Assembly (NCBI GenBank): GCA_040752415.1
Contig: JBFMGU010000043.1
Coordinates: forward strand, 1-52,518
Length of the DNA: 52,518 nucleotides
Origin: Myxococcota bacterium
GTDB lineage: Bacteria; Myxococcota; JACRCW01
Direction of reading: 5' to 3'
Shown here: positions 16,971-26,759 of the stretch, in pieces
Layout of the letters: each line of letters starts with the position of its first letter
Position numbering within the stretch: position 1 is the first letter of the stretch
Notes under the pieces: generated by a model
Seen by the model: only the letters and a program-made list of their open reading frames with translations
What the model was told of the DNA's origin: nothing
Database searches by the model: none
Translations under genes and position numbers: made by a program

Positions 16971-17228
16971 GGAAGCAGTGGCGCCCTGGAGTGCGGTGCG
17001 AACCGGATCAAGCAGGCGACGACGTGAAGCACCGCCCTGGATGGCGTGCACCGCGACCAACCGCGTCATGCCAAGGGGAGCGCCGAGAATGAGGCGCGGT
17101 GGACTGGTGGACGTCCGCGCCGTCGGGGCGGCCCGATCCAGGGCGGTGCTTCACGTCGTCGCCTGCTTGATCCGGTTCGCACCGCACTCCAGGGCGCCAC
17201 TGCTTCCGCTCACCCGTCTCGTGACGCG
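16950..17228. repeat. Long inverted repeat (93-bp arms, 93-bp spacer), REPIN/MITE-like
   Basis: 16950-17042 is the reverse complement of 17136-17228 with one mismatch. Confidence 0.9.
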
Positions 17229-17582
17229 GTTGGCGGATTTCTCGGAACGCCCCGTGACCCCTGCCGTCCCTCCGTCCGGCACCGCCGGCTTCCGTAGGCC
17301 AGGTGACTGAGATTGGTCGTCGGACCGACCGCGATAACCCACCAGACAACCAGAGCGCGTCATGGAGTCCGGTGGTTGCTGGCGTGGTTTCACCAGCAGC
17401 ACCCGGACGGCATGGCGCACTCCCCACGACGGAATGGCGCGTGGCAACAGGTGCCGCTGCGGCGGATGCATGTCCGCTCTTTCGCGCGTGCCATCGGTCA
17501 AGGGACCTAGATCGAAGGGGTGAGGATGTGACCGTCCTCCGCGTTCCGTATGACGCGCCCCTCCACGACGAGGTGTGACACC

Positions 17583-20279
17583 ATGCGCGTGAGATTCGCC
17601 TGCCTGCTCCTCTGCCTGCCGCTCGCCAACTGCCAGTGCGAGACCAACCTCAGCAACGTCCCCATGCCGGAAGCGGTGCTCAGCCACGACGGCAAGGACA
17701 CGCCGCCCGAGAAGAACCTCGCGGTGGCCATGCCCGCGGTGCTGCTCGGTGAGACGGGCTCGGTCGCGTTGACGCTGCGCAATGACGGCGACGCGCCGCT
17801 CAAGGTCTCCAACATCACGCTGAAGAGCGATCCCGAGCTGTGCCCCACCGCCTCGGCCAACTTCGCCATCGGTGAGCCGGTGGCCAGTGGCGGCGCGCGG
17901 CGCGCGGAGGTTGCCGCGGGAGCGTCCATTCCCGTCGTGGTGAAGTTCCATCCCACCACCGGCGCACCGGAATGCGCCACGCTGGTGGTGATGAGCGACG
18001 ACGCCACCCACCCGGAGCTCAAGGCGGTGATCACCAGCAAGGGTGACGCGCCGCGCCTGTGCGTGGACCGCGCGGTGGTGGACTTTGGCGAGGTGCAGGT
18101 GGGCCAGCAGAAGGAGGAGACGGTGACGCTGTCGTCGTGCGGCACGCGTGACCTGGAGCTGGCCTCCTCCACCACCAACGCGTTCTTCCCGCCGTTCGGC
18201 CATGACCCCGTCACCCTGCCCACCACGCTGGCGGTGGGACAGGAGCTGCCGGTGCTGCTGCGCTTCGCGCCCACGGAGGCCGGCGTGTACAGCCTGGTGA
18301 GCGGACGCGCGGGCGTGCTCTCGTTCTCGTCGTCAAACGGGGAGGTCTACCAGGTGACGCTGGAGGGTCGTGCCGTGGCGCCGCCTTCCTGCATCCTGGA
18401 CGTGCAGCCACTGGCGGTGAGCTTTGGCACCGTGACCGACGGAAGCCCTCGCACCCAGGACGTGCTGCTGACCAACCTGGGAGAGCTGGAGTGCACGCTG
18501 ACCTCGGTGGCGGTGCGCGCTCCCGCCGGCCCGTTCTCCACGGAGGTGCTCGGTGGCGCCACCACCGTTGCGCCGCAGCAGGTTGCCACGGTGCGCGTCA
18601 CCTTCACGCCCGGCGCCGGCACCGGCTCCTTTGCCGGCATCCTGGACGTTGCTTCCGACGATCCCATCAACCCCGACATCGAGGTGGCGCTGGAGGCCAA
18701 CATCCCCGGCGACGAGGGTTGCCAGATCACCGTGGACCCCGCGGTGCTGAACTTCGGCATGGTGGCGGTCAACGCGGTGCGCGCCATGAACATCACGCTG
18801 ACCAACATCTCGTCGGAGTTCTGCTACTTCAACAGCGTGGAGATGGCGGCGGGGTCGGACCCGGCGTTCCTGGATACCGCGTCCAACTTCGGCCTCATGA
18901 TGCCGGGCTCCACCAAGGTCCTCACCGTGAGCTTCCGTCCCACCACGGCGGGGCTGTTCAACGGTCAGCTCAACATCCACACCAACGACCAGGACTCTCC
19001 CGACTTCAGCGTGGCGCTGGTGGGCCGCACCGGCCAGACCGGCATCTGCGTGGAGCCGCGACACCTGGACTTTGGCGCGCAGAGCAGCCCCACCACGCAG
19101 GACTTCCAGATCTCCGCGTGCGGCGCCACCAGCGTCACCGTCACCGCGCTGGACTTCACCACCGCCGACCCGGAATTCACCCTCGTTAGCCCTCCTTCGC
19201 TTCCCTTCACGTTGGACCCGGGGCAGGCGCAGGCCATCCGCGTGCAATACGCGCCCTCGGACCAGCAGGGCGACACCGCGGTGATCACCGTGGGCAGCAA
19301 TGACCCCACCGCGCCGGCCATCCCGGTCACGCTCACCGGCGGTCCGGAGACCGTGCCCACCTCGGCGGGGCGCTACCTGTACTACTGGGGCATCCCCAAC
19401 ATCGCCGGCGGCGACATCATGAAGTTCCCGCTGCAGGGCACGCCCACCCCGCAGCCGTTCTGGGGCGTGAGCACCGGCAAGCAGTGCACCGGCTGCCACA
19501 GCGTCTCCCCCGACGGGAAGTACGTGGCGGTGATGGAGGGAACGCTGCGCTTCATTGACGCCGACACCGGCACGGCGCTGGGCTCGGTGGCGCAGTTCTC
19601 CTCCTCGCAATTCTTCGCCTGGCGCCCCAACGTGAACACCACGCCGCCCTACCAGTTTGCCTACGCGTACGGGAACACCATCAAGATCGCCGGCCTGTTC
19701 GACGGGGAGCTGCGCGAGCTGGAAGGCGCCAACGACCCCGCCTACGTGCAGACCATGCCCAGCTGGGGCCCCAACGGGAAGATCGCGTTCGTGCGCGGGG
19801 ACCCGGCGGCGCAGCCGGAGGAGGGCAGCGGCTTCGGCATCGACGGGCCGTGCGACGTCATGGTGGTCGACGAGAATGGCGGCGTGCCGCAGTACGTGAG
19901 CGGGGCCAGCCAGAACGGCTACGGCAACTACTATCCCGCCTATTCCCCCAACGGCGCGTGGCTGGCGTTCACGCAGAGCGTCTCGGCGCAGTCGTCGGTG
20001 GCGGCGGCGGATGCGCAGATCCGGATGGTGAGGACGGATGCCAGCGCCACGCTGCTGACGCTGAACGCCATCAACGGCAGCAACGGAGCCAACAGCTACG
20101 CCACCTGGGCCCGCGACGGGACGTTCCTCTCCTTCAGCAGCAACCGGGTTGGCGGCGCCGGAGACTGGGACATCTACCTGGCGGGCATTGATCCCATCAC
20201 CGGCGCGGACCAGGCCGCGGAGAACCTCACCGACCTCAACACGTCCGCGTTCGAGCATTCCGCGCAGTGGAGCCCGTGA
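17583..20279 (+). CDS. Surface lipoprotein with five choice-of-anchor-D/ASH (Ig-like) domains and a C-terminal TolB/PD40-like propeller carrying a CxxCH motif
   Basis: GAGGTG RBS. Lipobox PLANC. Repeated 'DFG.V......L.N...V.F.P....L...S.D' units. PSWGPNG, PAYSPNG, FSSNR repeats. CTGCH. Confidence 0.85.
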   Translation: MRVRFACLLLCLPLANCQCETNLSNVPMPEAVLSHDGKDTPPEKNLAVAMPAVLLGETGSVALTLRNDGDAPLKVSNITLKSDPELCPTASANFAIGEPVASGGARRAEVAAGASIPVVVKFHPTTGAPECATLVVMSDDATHPELKAVITSKGDAPRLCVDRAVVDFGEVQVGQQKEETVTLSSCGTRDLELASSTTNAFFPPFGHDPVTLPTTLAVGQELPVLLRFAPTEAGVYSLVSGRAGVLSFSSSNGEVYQVTLEGRAVAPPSCILDVQPLAVSFGTVTDGSPRTQDVLLTNLGELECTLTSVAVRAPAGPFSTEVLGGATTVAPQQVATVRVTFTPGAGTGSFAGILDVASDDPINPDIEVALEANIPGDEGCQITVDPAVLNFGMVAVNAVRAMNITLTNISSEFCYFNSVEMAAGSDPAFLDTASNFGLMMPGSTKVLTVSFRPTTAGLFNGQLNIHTNDQDSPDFSVALVGRTGQTGICVEPRHLDFGAQSSPTTQDFQISACGATSVTVTALDFTTADPEFTLVSPPSLPFTLDPGQAQAIRVQYAPSDQQGDTAVITVGSNDPTAPAIPVTLTGGPETVPTSAGRYLYYWGIPNIAGGDIMKFPLQGTPTPQPFWGVSTGKQCTGCHSVSPDGKYVAVMEGTLRFIDADTGTALGSVAQFSSSQFFAWRPNVNTTPPYQFAYAYGNTIKIAGLFDGELRELEGANDPAYVQTMPSWGPNGKIAFVRGDPAAQPEEGSGFGIDGPCDVMVVDENGGVPQYVSGASQNGYGNYYPAYSPNGAWLAFTQSVSAQSSVAAADAQIRMVRTDASATLLTLNAINGSNGANSYATWARDGTFLSFSSNRVGGAGDWDIYLAGIDPITGADQAAENLTDLNTSAFEHSAQWSP

Positions 20280-20353
20280 GCGCGGCAGCTTTTCGCTTGT
20301 TCCGGTCGCGGCGCCTCTGGTAACCGAATGCCCCATAGGGCGCATCCGCGGCA

Positions 20354-20671
20354 ATGAAGCATCTCCGGTTCTGGATTCAGCTGCTGTGCATGGGAGCCAT
20401 GTTGTGCGCTCCCAGCGCCCTGCTGTTGCGCACCGAAGCGCAGCCTGAAACCGAGACCAGCTCGCTGGAGGAGGAGGTCGAGGACGCGGTTGTCCGACGC
20501 CTCAGTCCGCTGCGCGCTCGCCAGGCCGCGACGCGGATGACCTCGACATCGGCGCGCACAACCACGTGGGTTCCATGCGCGCCGCGGGTGCACGTGGCAA
20601 CCCGTCAGCGTCGCGCGCTCCTGCCCCGTCGCCTTTCCCCGGACCCCGACCCAGACGAACAACGCGGCTGA
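20354..20671 (+). CDS. Small hypothetical protein with a hydrophobic N-terminus
   Basis: Co-directional ORF with a signal-like N-terminus and an acidic patch; weak RBS. Confidence 0.35.
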   Translation: MKHLRFWIQLLCMGAMLCAPSALLLRTEAQPETETSSLEEEVEDAVVRRLSPLRARQAATRMTSTSARTTTWVPCAPRVHVATRQRRALLPRRLSPDPDPDEQRG

Positions 20672-20830
20672 TTGTTGACCGCCGGGCCCGGTTCTCTCGT
20701 CGACACCCGACGAGCCGGCCCGTCACCGCCGTTCCAATCCATCTGGAAACGTTCTCCGCGCGGGCACGCTCGGAGCGCGTTCGTCTGTTTCGCCACCGTC
20801 ACGCGCCGCGCGCCGGTGTCAGGTCCAACC

Positions 20831-21664
20831 ATGTCCAAGCTCACTCTGTTCCTCTGGGGATTCACTCTCACCGTGTCTTTCTCGTCGTCACCGCTGCGGG
20901 CCCAGGAGTCCGCACCGCCAGCTTCCGTGGCAGAGCCCACCGCGCCGCAGGAGCCCGCGTCACCCGATGCAGCCCCGAACCCTGCGCCTTCCACCGCGTC
21001 ACCATCCACGCCCAACCCCGTTGCCACGTCGCCCACGGCAGTCCCAGCCGCTGAACCCACGCAGGCGGGGACCACGCCGCTGGCAACCCGGCTCCTTATG
21101 GATGTCGGCGCGGGGGCGGCCGGCGCCGCGGTGATTGCGGTCCTTGGCCTGGGCGTTGCCGCGCCGCTCGCGCTGCTGCCGTTGGCGTTGGGAGAGGCGG
21201 GCCTGGGCACGCAGGTACTGGGATTGCCGGTCAGCGTCGTTGTCACCGGCGCGCTGGTGGGTGCGGTGCTGGTGGCGGCCCTGGTGACGTCGGCGGTGGT
21301 GCAGCGGGTGGTGCGACCGCTCCTCGGGCCGCAGCGGTCCGTGCAAGGCGCCGCGCTGGGAGCCTTGTTCTTCGGCGGGATGGCCACCGTCGTCGGGCTG
21401 GCCGCCGGTTTCGTGGTGGTCACCACGCCGTTCCCGGGTCCGCTCTCGTCGGTGCGTCGGGAGGTCTTCGGCAGCAACTACAACAACCGGCCGCCGCACG
21501 TGGTGGCGTTGATGGGCGCGGTGATGGTGGCGCTGGCAGTGCCGATTGCGGCGCTGGGCGCCAGCGTGGGTGGACAGGTGAGCGCGGAGATTGCGGACGC
21601 AGCGCTGGCGCGGTCATCCACGTCGGCGACCACCGGCCAGTCTCCGGCGGGTCAACGTCTCTGA
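20831..21664 (+). CDS. Hypothetical multi-pass membrane protein with signal peptide and Pro/Ala/Thr-rich linker
   Basis: MSKLTLFLWGFTLTVSFSSSPLRAQE signal, P/A/T linker, several hydrophobic helices. Confidence 0.7.
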   Translation: MSKLTLFLWGFTLTVSFSSSPLRAQESAPPASVAEPTAPQEPASPDAAPNPAPSTASPSTPNPVATSPTAVPAAEPTQAGTTPLATRLLMDVGAGAAGAAVIAVLGLGVAAPLALLPLALGEAGLGTQVLGLPVSVVVTGALVGAVLVAALVTSAVVQRVVRPLLGPQRSVQGAALGALFFGGMATVVGLAAGFVVVTTPFPGPLSSVRREVFGSNYNNRPPHVVALMGAVMVALAVPIAALGASVGGQVSAEIADAALARSSTSATTGQSPAGQRL

Positions 21665-21679
21665 CGCGGCCCTCCCTTC

Positions 21680-22117
21680 CTAGCGCGCACGCGTGAGCGG
21701 TTCCGCGTTCCGAGGCGTCCGGGCACGGAGGAAGTCCGCCAGCGCCCGGTCCGAGCGACCGACGTGGTTCAACAACCAATCCACGACGGAGCGATTGAGC
21801 TGCGTGACGAGAAGTGATGTCACGCCGTCGCGGGCGAGCGCCACCTTCAGCTCAGCCAGGCGCTGCACCATCTGACGGTGCTGGAGGTGGTGCGTCTCCA
21901 CCTGCGGGTAACCCACGCGGTGCATCAACGCCTCCTCCGCCGAGAAGTGGTCCACCACGTAGCACTCCAGGAATCCCATCACGCGCTCCGCCTCCGTCTT
22001 GCCATTTCCGGCGAGACACGCGGCCAACAACATGTCTACCAGTCGGAACAACTCGCGGTGCTGGTCGTCAATCTCAGGCACACCCACCGCCAAATCCTCG
22101 GTCCAGGAAGCTCCCAT
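21680..22117 (-). CDS. Bacteriohemerythrin
   Basis: WTEDLAVGVPEIDDQHREL, HFSAEEALM..VGYP..THHLQH, WLLNHVGRSD: the full canonical ligand set. Confidence 0.92.
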   Translation of the reverse strand: MGASWTEDLAVGVPEIDDQHRELFRLVDMLLAACLAGNGKTEAERVMGFLECYVVDHFSAEEALMHRVGYPQVETHHLQHRQMVQRLAELKVALARDGVTSLLVTQLNRSVVDWLLNHVGRSDRALADFLRARTPRNAEPLTRAR

Positions 22118-22248
22118 TCTCCAATTCTCCCGGCGACCTCGCCGAAGAGAGTAGGCACTGCCTTGGCTGTCGCAACCGAGGTCTCGGCCGCGCGGGATCA
22201 CGCAGGGAGTGCGCGTAGACGAGCCCGGACGGATTTGCGCGACGTCCT

Positions 22249-25200
22249 TCAGGGCAGCGCGTAGCGGCTGGCCAACGTGCCCTCGAGCGTGGTGCGCTCA
22301 CCGTCACCCAGCGCGGCGCGGAACAACAGCAGCTCCGCGATCTGACCGGTGTATCCCGACGCGCCCACCGTGGCCTGGGGCCAATCGGTGAGGTCCGAGC
22401 CGTCGGGATGCGTGTTCAGCAGCACGCCGTCGCGGTAGATCCTGCGCCCGGTGTCGTCGTTGATGATGATGGTGAGGTGGAACGCTCCGTCGTCGTTGCC
22501 CACGTTGGCACTCTGGTCGTTGTTGTACTGCCCCACGAACAGCGTGGTGGCGTCGGTATATCCAACGTAGAGCCGGCCATTGGTGCCGTTGTTGACGCCG
22601 GAGAGCACGCCCTGGCTGCCCCCCACGCCGCGCTTCTCCACGAACGCAATGGTGTAGTTCGTCCCCACCAGGGTGGGGCCCCACAGGTTGAGCGTGTCGT
22701 CCCCGTCGTAGGTCAACGCGGCGTGTCCGTTCACCGCGGCCAGCTGCTGCGTGGGCGTGTTGGTGGCAACGGTCTGGTACACGTCCAGGCCCGCACCGCT
22801 CTGGTCCGGCCAGTACCGCGTACCGTCGGCGGTCTGCTGGATGCCGGTGTCGGCGACCTGCCACTGCGTCAGCGCGGGATGGATGAGACAGGGATTGTAG
22901 CCCGCCATGGCCGCGCCCGGGCAGAGCGTCGTCGGCTCGTACAGGTTGAAGCGGAAGGAGAGCTCGGTGAGGACGTCCTGGCGTTCCTGCGCGCTCAACG
23001 GACGACGGTAGATGATCAGCTCCGCGATGTCGCCGACGTATCCGCGCGTGGGATCCCCGCCGATGGCCGCACCCTCCCACGCCCCCAGCGCCGTGGGGTC
23101 GGCGTGGGACGCCAGCTCCTTGCTCCAGCGGTAGATGTGCCGGCCCACCACCGGGTCCAGGTCAAACATGCTGATCACGAAGTTGGACTGCACGAACGGC
23201 GCGTCCACGGCGCGGTAGTCGTTGTTGTACTGCCGGTGGATGATGTCGGTGCGCCCCTCGTAACCGATGGTGAGATTCGCGTTGGAGCCCGCCCCGTTAC
23301 CCGCCAGGATGTTCATGTCCGCGGGCGTGGCCCGCCGTTCCACGACGACAAATGTGTACCCGGTGTCGATGAGCCGGTTGCCCTGGAACGGCATGCGTTG
23401 GGCGCCGTTGAAGCGGACCACGGGCTGACCGTTGATCACGTTGAACACCTGCTGCGGCACCGCGCCGCTGGCCACCGCCTGCACCGCCCTGTTGCCGGAG
23501 AAGCTGGCGTCCTGCCAGATCGCGTAGCCCTGGCCGTTGTCGGCGAAGAAGCTGTCGCCGCGGTACCAGGCGTGGATGGCGTCCAGAGCCACGCTCCCGG
23601 GTCCCTGACGGGGGAGCGGCGCCGGCAGCCCGTAACGCGTGGTCACGTCCTGCTCGACGGAGACGCGTTCCGGCTCGGACAGTGCGCGGTCGTAGATGAT
23701 CACCTCCGCCATGTCTCCCACGTACGCGCCGCTACCCAGCTGCGCACCCTCGAAGGCCGCCAGCGCGCCCGCGTCCGCCACGCTGGCCACCAGGTTCCCG
23801 TCGCGGTGGATGGTGCGCGCGGTGGCGCTCCGGCGCAGCGTGGTGATGCGGTACTCGAAACCGACGTATTCCTCGATGGGACCGCTCATGTCGTTGTTGA
23901 ACTGGCCGTAGAAAATCGTGTCGCTGTCGACGTAGCCGGCGGACACGATGGAGTTGGTGCCCTGTTGCGCCCCGGTCATGAAGCTCACGGCCCCCGGCGT
24001 GCGACGCGCCTCCAGCACCACGATCGTGTACTCCCGCCCGACGATGGGGAGCCCCCAGAAGCGCAGCGCCTGGCCCGCGGAGAACTGCATGGCGCCGTGA
24101 CCGGGCAACCCCGTGGGAGAGTAGGTTGGCGCAGCGCCGGTGGCAAAGGCGTCGTACCCGCGACCGCTGCGGTCGGGCCACACGGTGGCGTCGGGTCCCG
24201 TCGTGAGACCGTCATCCGCGGCCAGCCACATCTGCAGCCCCGCCGTCTCGCACACCACCTGGCCCGGGTTGCACACCACGTTGAGCGGCAGGTTGTAGCG
24301 CTGGGAGAGATAACCCTCGACGTCACCGCGCTCCACGTCGGAGAGGGCGCGCGTGTAGATGATGATCTCGGCAATGTCCCCGACGAAGCTGGCCGGGTTC
24401 CCGCCGATCTGCGCGCCGTTGTAGCTGACGAGCTGGTCGGTGACGGGCGTGCCGCCGGCCAGGCGTCCGTCCTGGTGCACGACGCGACCGGTGAGGGAAT
24501 CCAGGGTCACGGTGGTGATTCGGAAGCGGGTCCGCGCCAGCGGCGCCACGGCGACGGAGAGGTCGTTGTTGTACTGGCCGTTGAAGAGGTGCTCGCGGTC
24601 GGAATAGCCCACGGTGAGATTGGCGTTGGTGCCGCCCACACCGCCGCCCAGCAGGTAACCCGCCGCCGCGGCCGCGCGTGCCTCGACGAGGACGACGGTG
24701 TAGTCGGTGGCCGCCAGCGCGTTCCCGTCGAAGGCCAGGTAGCGGCTGCCGTCAAAGCTCAACACCTGGTGCGCGCCCAGGGCCACGCTGGGGGACGGCG
24801 CGGACGTCGACGGCGCCATGGCATCCCGGCCGTTGCCGCTGAGGTCCGACCACACCGCGTTGCCGGCTCCGTCGTCGGTGGTGAACACGTCGGCGGAGTA
24901 GTGGATGGCCAGTCCGTTGGTGACCGGCAGGCCCGGCGCTCCCGACGAGGAGGAGCTGGAGGTGCTGCTGGACGACGAAGAGGACGTGCTGGTGGCCGAG
25001 CTGGATCCCGAGGAGGAGCTGGACGAGCTCGACGTGCTGGTGGAGCTGGCACCACCCGACGTGGACGAGGCGGATGAGCTGGCGGAGCTGGAGGTGCTGC
25101 TGGACGACGTCACGGTCGCTGACGAGGAGCTCGTGGCGCCGGAGGAGGACGTCGCGGAGGAGCCCGACGACGAAGACGACGCACTGGAGGACGACGAGGA

Positions 25201-26613
25201 GGAGCCGGAGGACGCGGATGAGCCCGACGACGAGGAGAAACCCGACGAGGACGAGGAGCTCGAGGACGAGGAGCTTGAGGACGAGGAGCTCGAGGACGAG
25301 GAGCTCGAGGAGGAAGACGACGACGTGGGCGCCGGGGTGCAGGTCTGGTCGGTGCACACGCGGGGCTCGTTGGCGTCGCAGAGGGCGTTGTTGTTGACGT
25401 CGTAGCGGAGCGGGTCGCCCAGGCACTCGGAGCCCTGCGCTTCTCCCGGAATGGAGCACAGGCACCCGTTCTCCGACGCGTCGACGACGCCGTCGCCATC
25501 ATCGTCGCAGTCCCACGGGACGCCGTCCCCGTCGCAGCCCACCAGCGGGGTGGTGAGGCAGCGCTGCAGGCAGTTGCCTGGTCCTCCGCTGGAGAGCTCA
25601 CGCGGGTCCAGGAAGCAGAGGTTGTCGCCGTCCATGTCGCTGCGGCCCTGGCATGGACCACTGCCCGCCACCGTGGGCACGCGCGCCGCCACCAGCGTCA
25701 TCGCTTCGCCGTCCCCCGGCGGCACGAAGACCGAGGGAATCTCCATGGGCAGGAACTCGTCGGAGAGCTCGATGAAGAGCGTGTACAGGCCGGGCGGCAC
25801 GTTCTGGTCAAACTGCGTCTCCGTGAGCGTCAATGGCGCCGCGGCCTCACCGTCCACCAGCGAGATGACCTGCCCCGCTCCCAGCGCCTGACGCAGCTGT
25901 TGCGAGAGGGCGGTGCTCCCGTCGGGAAGCGCCACCGTGCCGTGCAGCCGTCCGTCCACCGTGGTGGGCTCCAGGCGCACCGCGCCCAGGTCACGCGTCT
26001 CCCCGGGTGAGACCGAGAAACGCTGCGAGCCGATGTATCCGTCGGTGGCCGCCACCACGTTCCACTCGCCGGCGCCCAGGCCGGGCAGCACCACGTTGCC
26101 GTTCTCGTCGGGAATCACGTGGCCTTCCACGTCCTGCAACGCCACCACGACCTTCGAGAAATCCGGCGCGGTCAGCGCGGACGCGTCGACACGCAGGTGC
26201 ACGCGCGCCGGCTCCAACAGCCTCACCTCACCCAGGTCCACCGCCGGACGCGTGCTCCTCCCCGTCGGGATCTTGATGGGCAACTCCACGCGCGCAGCCA
26301 GGTCGGGGATCTGGTCGCCGTTGGGGTCGTAGGTGAACACGAGGACGTGATTGCCCTCGGGGAGGCTGCGGAAGGTGATGCGTCCGTCGCGTGCCGCGCT
26401 GCGTCTCACCGACGAGCGGAGCACCGTCCCCCGCGCCCCCGGCAACACCACCACGCCACTGGCGGTGTTGGGCGGCACGCCGACGAGGACCGCGGTCACG
26501 TCGCCCTCACCCAGGTCCCTGGAGAAGGGCTCGAAGCGGTAGACGCACGCAGAGGCCAACAGCGCGGGAACAAGAAGCAGCAGAGAACGGACGCTACGCA
26601 TGAGGCTCACCAT
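22249..26613 (-). CDS. Large lipoprotein with carboxypeptidase-regulatory-like domains, Ca-binding DxDxDG/Cys region, poly-Ser linker and four LamG/ConA-like domains (start 26613 or 26601)
   Basis: Lipobox LASAC. DDDGDG. ~120-aa Ser-rich tract. Four repeats of 'W.D.S....A....P......F.G...QY/FNND...GDIAE.IIY.RALS..ER'. Confidence 0.85.
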   Translation of the reverse strand: MVSLMRSVRSLLLLVPALLASACVYRFEPFSRDLGEGDVTAVLVGVPPNTASGVVVLPGARGTVLRSSVRRSAARDGRITFRSLPEGNHVLVFTYDPNGDQIPDLAARVELPIKIPTGRSTRPAVDLGEVRLLEPARVHLRVDASALTAPDFSKVVVALQDVEGHVIPDENGNVVLPGLGAGEWNVVAATDGYIGSQRFSVSPGETRDLGAVRLEPTTVDGRLHGTVALPDGSTALSQQLRQALGAGQVISLVDGEAAAPLTLTETQFDQNVPPGLYTLFIELSDEFLPMEIPSVFVPPGDGEAMTLVAARVPTVAGSGPCQGRSDMDGDNLCFLDPRELSSGGPGNCLQRCLTTPLVGCDGDGVPWDCDDDGDGVVDASENGCLCSIPGEAQGSECLGDPLRYDVNNNALCDANEPRVCTDQTCTPAPTSSSSSSSSSSSSSSSSSSSSSSSSSSSGFSSSSGSSASSGSSSSSSSASSSSSGSSATSSSGATSSSSATVTSSSSTSSSASSSASSTSGGASSTSTSSSSSSSSGSSSATSTSSSSSSSTSSSSSSGAPGLPVTNGLAIHYSADVFTTDDGAGNAVWSDLSGNGRDAMAPSTSAPSPSVALGAHQVLSFDGSRYLAFDGNALAATDYTVVLVEARAAAAAGYLLGGGVGGTNANLTVGYSDREHLFNGQYNNDLSVAVAPLARTRFRITTVTLDSLTGRVVHQDGRLAGGTPVTDQLVSYNGAQIGGNPASFVGDIAEIIIYTRALSDVERGDVEGYLSQRYNLPLNVVCNPGQVVCETAGLQMWLAADDGLTTGPDATVWPDRSGRGYDAFATGAAPTYSPTGLPGHGAMQFSAGQALRFWGLPIVGREYTIVVLEARRTPGAVSFMTGAQQGTNSIVSAGYVDSDTIFYGQFNNDMSGPIEEYVGFEYRITTLRRSATARTIHRDGNLVASVADAGALAAFEGAQLGSGAYVGDMAEVIIYDRALSEPERVSVEQDVTTRYGLPAPLPRQGPGSVALDAIHAWYRGDSFFADNGQGYAIWQDASFSGNRAVQAVASGAVPQQVFNVINGQPVVRFNGAQRMPFQGNRLIDTGYTFVVVERRATPADMNILAGNGAGSNANLTIGYEGRTDIIHRQYNNDYRAVDAPFVQSNFVISMFDLDPVVGRHIYRWSKELASHADPTALGAWEGAAIGGDPTRGYVGDIAELIIYRRPLSAQERQDVLTELSFRFNLYEPTTLCPGAAMAGYNPCLIHPALTQWQVADTGIQQTADGTRYWPDQSGAGLDVYQTVATNTPTQQLAAVNGHAALTYDGDDTLNLWGPTLVGTNYTIAFVEKRGVGGSQGVLSGVNNGTNGRLYVGYTDATTLFVGQYNNDQSANVGNDDGAFHLTIIINDDTGRRIYRDGVLLNTHPDGSDLTDWPQATVGASGYTGQIAELLLFRAALGDGERTTLEGTLASRYALP

Positions 26614-26759
26614 GACGGCGCGCAGCGTGCCATGAGCGGCGCCGCGCTCCAAAGGCCCTTCACCACCGCCCGGTGGATCACGATGTGACAGCGTGTGCTG
26701 GGCGGGTTACCCTCCGTCGGAGACGCGCTCGGTGCGAGGCGTGCTTCGAGGGGAAGTCG

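Noticed and set aside
24905..25405. Highly acidic D/E-rich 166-aa ORF
   Set aside because: It is the antisense shadow of the poly-Ser linker in the 22249-26613 gene.
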